Below, in pieces: positions 60,786-64,000 of a stretch of DNA of 64,000 nt; within the stretch, counting starts at the first letter, position 1, and the number at the start of each line of letters is the position of its first letter. The translations under genes and the position numbers were made by a program. Below the pieces are notes generated by a model that made no database searches, was not told where the DNA came from, and saw only the letters and a list, made by a program, of their open reading frames with translations. This DNA comes from Eledone cirrhosa (Eukaryota): NCBI GenBank assembly GCA_964016885.1, contig OZ024748.1, forward strand, positions 30,070,001-30,134,000. Reading direction: 5' to 3'.

Positions 60786-61233
60786 TGTAGTGACCTACAT
60801 TCCGCGGGCTCACATACATTCTCTGTGCGTGATTTGGCTCAGCTCAGCCAATCAGCGCCAGGAGAAGAGGATGTATCCCTACGCGTTCTGAGAGAGAAAT
60901 AGCCCGCGAAGATTTGAGAAATCAAAGACTCGCAGCTTGACCATGCTAAGGTAAACACCACTTGTTCTTTTGCTCCGTAAGCACAAACAATATGTAACAA
61001 CAAAACATTCCTACGGGCCTGGCCAAACGCCTCAGCCAGTCGACCGTATTTTCTCTTGTAATCTTAATTGAATTATTTCTCTTGGCAGGCCAGCTTAATT
61101 CACTTCTTAACCTTTGTTAATAAATTATGTAAAAACAAGCTAAAGTCGTTGTCGATATTCCTATCATATCTTTCTACCAAACCTGGTTCCTCGTGGCAAC
61201 ACTACAACTCTCTGAATATAACTCTCTGCTAAA
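60786..61233 (+). repeat. 3' LTR (448 bp)
   Basis: Base-for-base match to 58496-58923 over 60786-61213. Ends GCTAAA followed by TSD AGCT. Confidence 0.9.
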
Positions 61234-61237
61234 AGCT

Positions 61238-62589
61238 AATTGCAGATGTTCAACTGTTATATTTTCCCGTGTTTGTTCCTCAAGGTGAGCTGTATCTTTC
61301 ATTTGCCTGTCTATTCATGGGGCATGTATATTATGAATTTTTCTTTGGTCCAGATCTTTTCCCAGAATTCTTGCTCTTCCTCCTTGGGTGGTATTGATTT
61401 AGCAGTTATTGTTGACTTGCCAATTTTTCTATAGAAGTTTTTTTGGTTGTTTTTCAACATATTATTGTCCTTATAGAATCTAGAGTGTTTTTCAAAACGC
61501 CGTATACGAGCAGCTTTGGCTGATACTCTTTTGCTTGATTGTTTCTATCATCAAGTCTATGTCACTTGTTGATTTTATATTGTATTTTCTTTTCAATTTT
61601 CTGAGTTTAGTCTGTTTAACATGTTCACCTACTTTGTAGTTTGCTAAAGTTTCTGTCAGATTGGAGAAGGTTTATTTGGCGATTGATGTTCTCTTGCCAA
61701 GTAGGTTTTTTGTGGGCATTCCTTTGTTTTTTTCTTTTTCACTCCACATAACTGAGTGGTGACTTCAGCCAATGCATAGTAGAGATGATTTAGATCAGTA
61801 ATGTTTAGTTTATTTGTGCTGATGTCTTTGAGAGCTATGTTAATCTTGCGTATTATCCTTTGGTTTTGTTTGGAGTTCTGGATCTTAGGGAGAGTGTCTC
61901 GTTCCCCATGTCAGATTCTTTCATTTTCATCCATTCGATCAGAATTTCATTCTTCAAGTTAGCAAGTTCATTCACATTCATTTCTTTATCATTGATGATC
62001 TCATTGTTTTCATTTTGAGTTTCATCTTGAGCATGCACTCCTTCCACTTTTTCGATCCTTTCATTAATTTGTTCTGCTGTCAGTGATTCCGCCCAGACCC
62101 TGGGATTTAAGGTGTTACAATTTACTTCATTTTCACTGACATGTTTCATTTTCCCTTCGATGACTTTGCGCTAATTGCTTGATCTGATCAATTTCTATGT
62201 CAGTAACTTCTTAATGTTTCTTCTTATATTAGCTAGTTTGTTACTGTCAATATAATCTGTTTTCGGGATGTTTCTTTTTACAGTTGATATGTCTGTTCTG
62301 TATTCGATCTATTTGATGGGTAGCACATGGCAGTGTAGAAAGCTTCAAGGACTTCTTTATTGTCTTCCCTTAACCATTTTTCTCTCTTTTTCTTTGGATT
62401 TCTTGGTGGTGAGCATAGAGAGCCATCAGTAGGAGTATTCCGGTTATGGGAGGTCTCCAGCTCCAAATTGATGGGAAGGTTTGAACCATTAGCTCATTTT
62501 TTTACCCCAGTCAGGTTCTTCTCTGAGGGACGTGGCTCATTTTGACCCGGCTGACGGCCGATCCGGAATGAGTTTTTAACATTTGACAT
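61238..62589 (-). pseudogene. N-terminal part of the R4/Dong-type ORF (disrupted)
   Basis: Probable ATG at 62589 (MSNVKNSFRIGRQPGQNEPRPSEK...), with an in-frame stop soon after. ORF-track pieces 62278..62466 and 61853..62149 belong to it, and the conserved AKAARIRRF...FYR block lies near 61430-61530. Confidence 0.8.
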
Positions 62590-62789
62590 TGGATTTATTT
62601 TGTTGTGTTTTATCCTTAACCGCCAAAGGGTAATCATTTCGAATTACGACTCCTAGGACGAGTGTCAACCAAGACTAGAGAGGTCATCCTCCCCTAGAGA
62701 CACGGCTATTCTTCGCTGGCCGCCATCCCACTATTTCTTGGTCACAGGGTTTTTTGGGGGGGGTTTTAAAATTGTTATTATTATGAGTG

Positions 62790-63450
62790 GTTCCTTAATG
62801 TGAACCCTGTGTGGCTAATAAAGAAATTATTAATATAATATACTTGTGGCCTTTGTTGAAGTTGCCATTGTTGTTGTTGTTGGCTATGCCGGTGGTACTG
62901 GGGCTTTTTCCGGAGGGAGGAGGGGAAGTTATATTGTTGGTGGGGTACTTCAGTGCCATTGTAGTTGTTAATGTTGAGATGTTCAAAATTTCATTTTGAC
63001 TGGGTCACTAAGTCAATCTATTTAAATCTTTTGGTAGCTTCTTCCTTTCTAGTTTTGTCTAGTGTTACTGCTACCTTCCCTCTCCTTCTCAGAAAATTTG
63101 ATGTCAACTTTTCTTAAGTTAACAGAAGGTAGTGGGGGTAATAGTGATGGTAACAATGATGGAGTGGTGGTGGCGGTGGTGATGGGGTAGTGGTACTGTA
63201 GTAATGGTGTTGTTGCCGCTGTTGGTTTGTCTCTGGCTAAATTTTGTAGCCACTACAATGTATTGTTGTGTTTGTTTGGTATTTTTGTTAGCAGTAGCTA
63301 TGTGGTTTGTTGCCTATGTTTAATATACATGTTGACATCTTTCCTTAATATTTGAACCAAACATTTTGAATAAACTTGAGATACAATAGTAATAATTATT
63401 ATTATGCTGGGATTGGTGGTGGTGGCAGTGGTTGTGGTAAAACTGCCGTT
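62790..63450. repeat. Low-complexity GT-rich spacer with degenerate (GGT)n/(GTT)n/(TAA)n triplets
   Basis: Runs such as GTTGTTGTTGTTG, GTGGTGGTGGCGGTGGTG and TAATAATTATTATTATG. Confidence 0.6.
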
Positions 63451-63609
63451 ATTTGGCTGTTATATTTAGTGTACACAGGGGATTTCTTGCATTTGTAACC
63501 ATTTTCTTTTTTGAATATAAAATTTCTAATACAAAATTAAATAGGATGTTATGGGTTCTCACTTCCTGAGAGCTAAGGCTGGTGCCTTATGTCCCATCTG
63601 TAATAAGAA

Positions 63610-63626
63610 TTATTATTATTATTATT
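63610..63626. repeat. (TTA)n/(TAA)n microsatellite at the 3' end of the second R4/Dong-type element
   Basis: TTATTATTATTATTATT, about 55 nt beyond the element stop codon on the minus strand. Confidence 0.85.
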
Positions 63627-64000
63627 CTTTGAGTCTCAGTCATTGATGTTAGTTAACTGGAAAGTTTGTTGAAATGAATATCAAGCCACTACCTTCAGGA
63701 CGTATCGGAGGGTTCTTGCTATTCCCAGCAAGCATGCCTTTTGAAGCATTCCAAAAAGCGTGAAGGGGCCAATTTTCTTTAACTATCCCTGGAAACTTTT
63801 TGAGATAGTACCTAGTGCGCCTATGACAATCGGGACCACTTTGACTTCATGGCAGTTCCAAATCCTTTTTACCTCCCACTTTAAGTCCTGGTATCGGTTA
63901 ATTTTCTCCCTCTCCTTCTCTTGCACTTTCGTGTCGAATGGGCAGGCCACATCCACAATCAGGCACAATCTTTTTTCTTTGCCCAAAACCACCAGGTCAG
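63627..64000 (-). mobile_element. 3' end of a second R4/Dong-type non-LTR retrotransposon (restriction-like endonuclease domain and 3' UTR); continues beyond the window
   Basis: DLVVLGKEKRLCLIVDVACPFD...EKINRYQDL...VVPIVIGALGTI, then a premature TAG at 63783-63785, then LQKACLLGIARTLRYVL with TGA at 63681-63683. This is the typical R4-clade RLE C-terminus. Confidence 0.9.

Larger units (their letters stand above)
58496..61233 (+). mobile_element. Non-autonomous LTR retrotransposon, 2738 bp, with non-coding interior and 4-bp TSD AGCT (58492-58495 and 61234-61237)
   Basis: Two direct repeats are identical over their first 428 bp, and a PBS follows LTR1. Removing the element plus one AGCT restores the host frame ITVEHLQLALRKSSKWKSPGKD. 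No gag/pol-like ORF lies in 58942-60785. Confidence 0.92.
57890..62760 (-). mobile_element. Decayed R4/Dong-type non-LTR retrotransposon; 5' end present, 3' half missing, interrupted by an LTR element
   Basis: N-terminal KKREKWLREDNKEVLEAFY, then AKAARIRRFEKHSRFYKDNNMLKNNQKNFYR, RT domain 0 KWKSPGKDKIP, PKNYRPITCL, EQKGCKQGSYGCKDQLLINK and AWIDYKKVFDSSPHSWI, all typical of R4-clade ORFs. There are several stops and frameshifts. Ends are approximate. Confidence 0.88.

Noticed and set aside
58496-61206. LTR boundaries at TGTAGTG...CACTACA (421 bp)
   Set aside because: This boundary gives no TSD and does not restore the host RT frame, whereas the end at 61233 does both.
62795-62999. Overlapping 62-63 aa ORFs (one hydrophobic, one Thr/Asn-rich)
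   Set aside because: They are products of degenerate GTT/GGT low-complexity sequence, with no supporting gene structure.

Overview
Eukaryotic, probably metazoan, repeat-rich DNA with no intact protein-coding gene that I can support. Bases 1-57649 are one head-to-tail array of a 24-bp satellite (consensus TTTAGTACACATACATATAGCCTC, roughly 2,350 monomers). The huge ORFs in the track are artefacts of the 8-codon monomer. Rare monomer variants show nested block duplications (offsets 3355, 4199, 1943 and 15636 bp). The array is interrupted twice by the same 609-bp minus-strand element. It looks like an internally deleted, non-autonomous RTE-type retroposon: a structured 5' leader, a C2H2 zinc-finger remnant and a 3' hairpin. 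Its 3' end runs directly into the satellite, and its 5' end abuts an inverted satellite fragment. Right of the array is a decayed R4/Dong-type non-LTR retrotransposon (minus strand, 3' half missing). It is split by a young 2.74-kb non-coding LTR element with near-identical LTRs, a tRNA-Trp-like PBS and an AGCT target-site duplication. A low-complexity spacer follows, then the 3' (RLE endonuclease) end of a second R4/Dong-type copy ending at (TAA)n. The best leads are a ~45-nt leader motif shared by the RTE-like insert and the R4/Dong element, the insert-satellite junctions, and the non-canonical LTR ends. I see no convincing new multi-gene system. Family assignments come from motif recognition by eye, not database searches.
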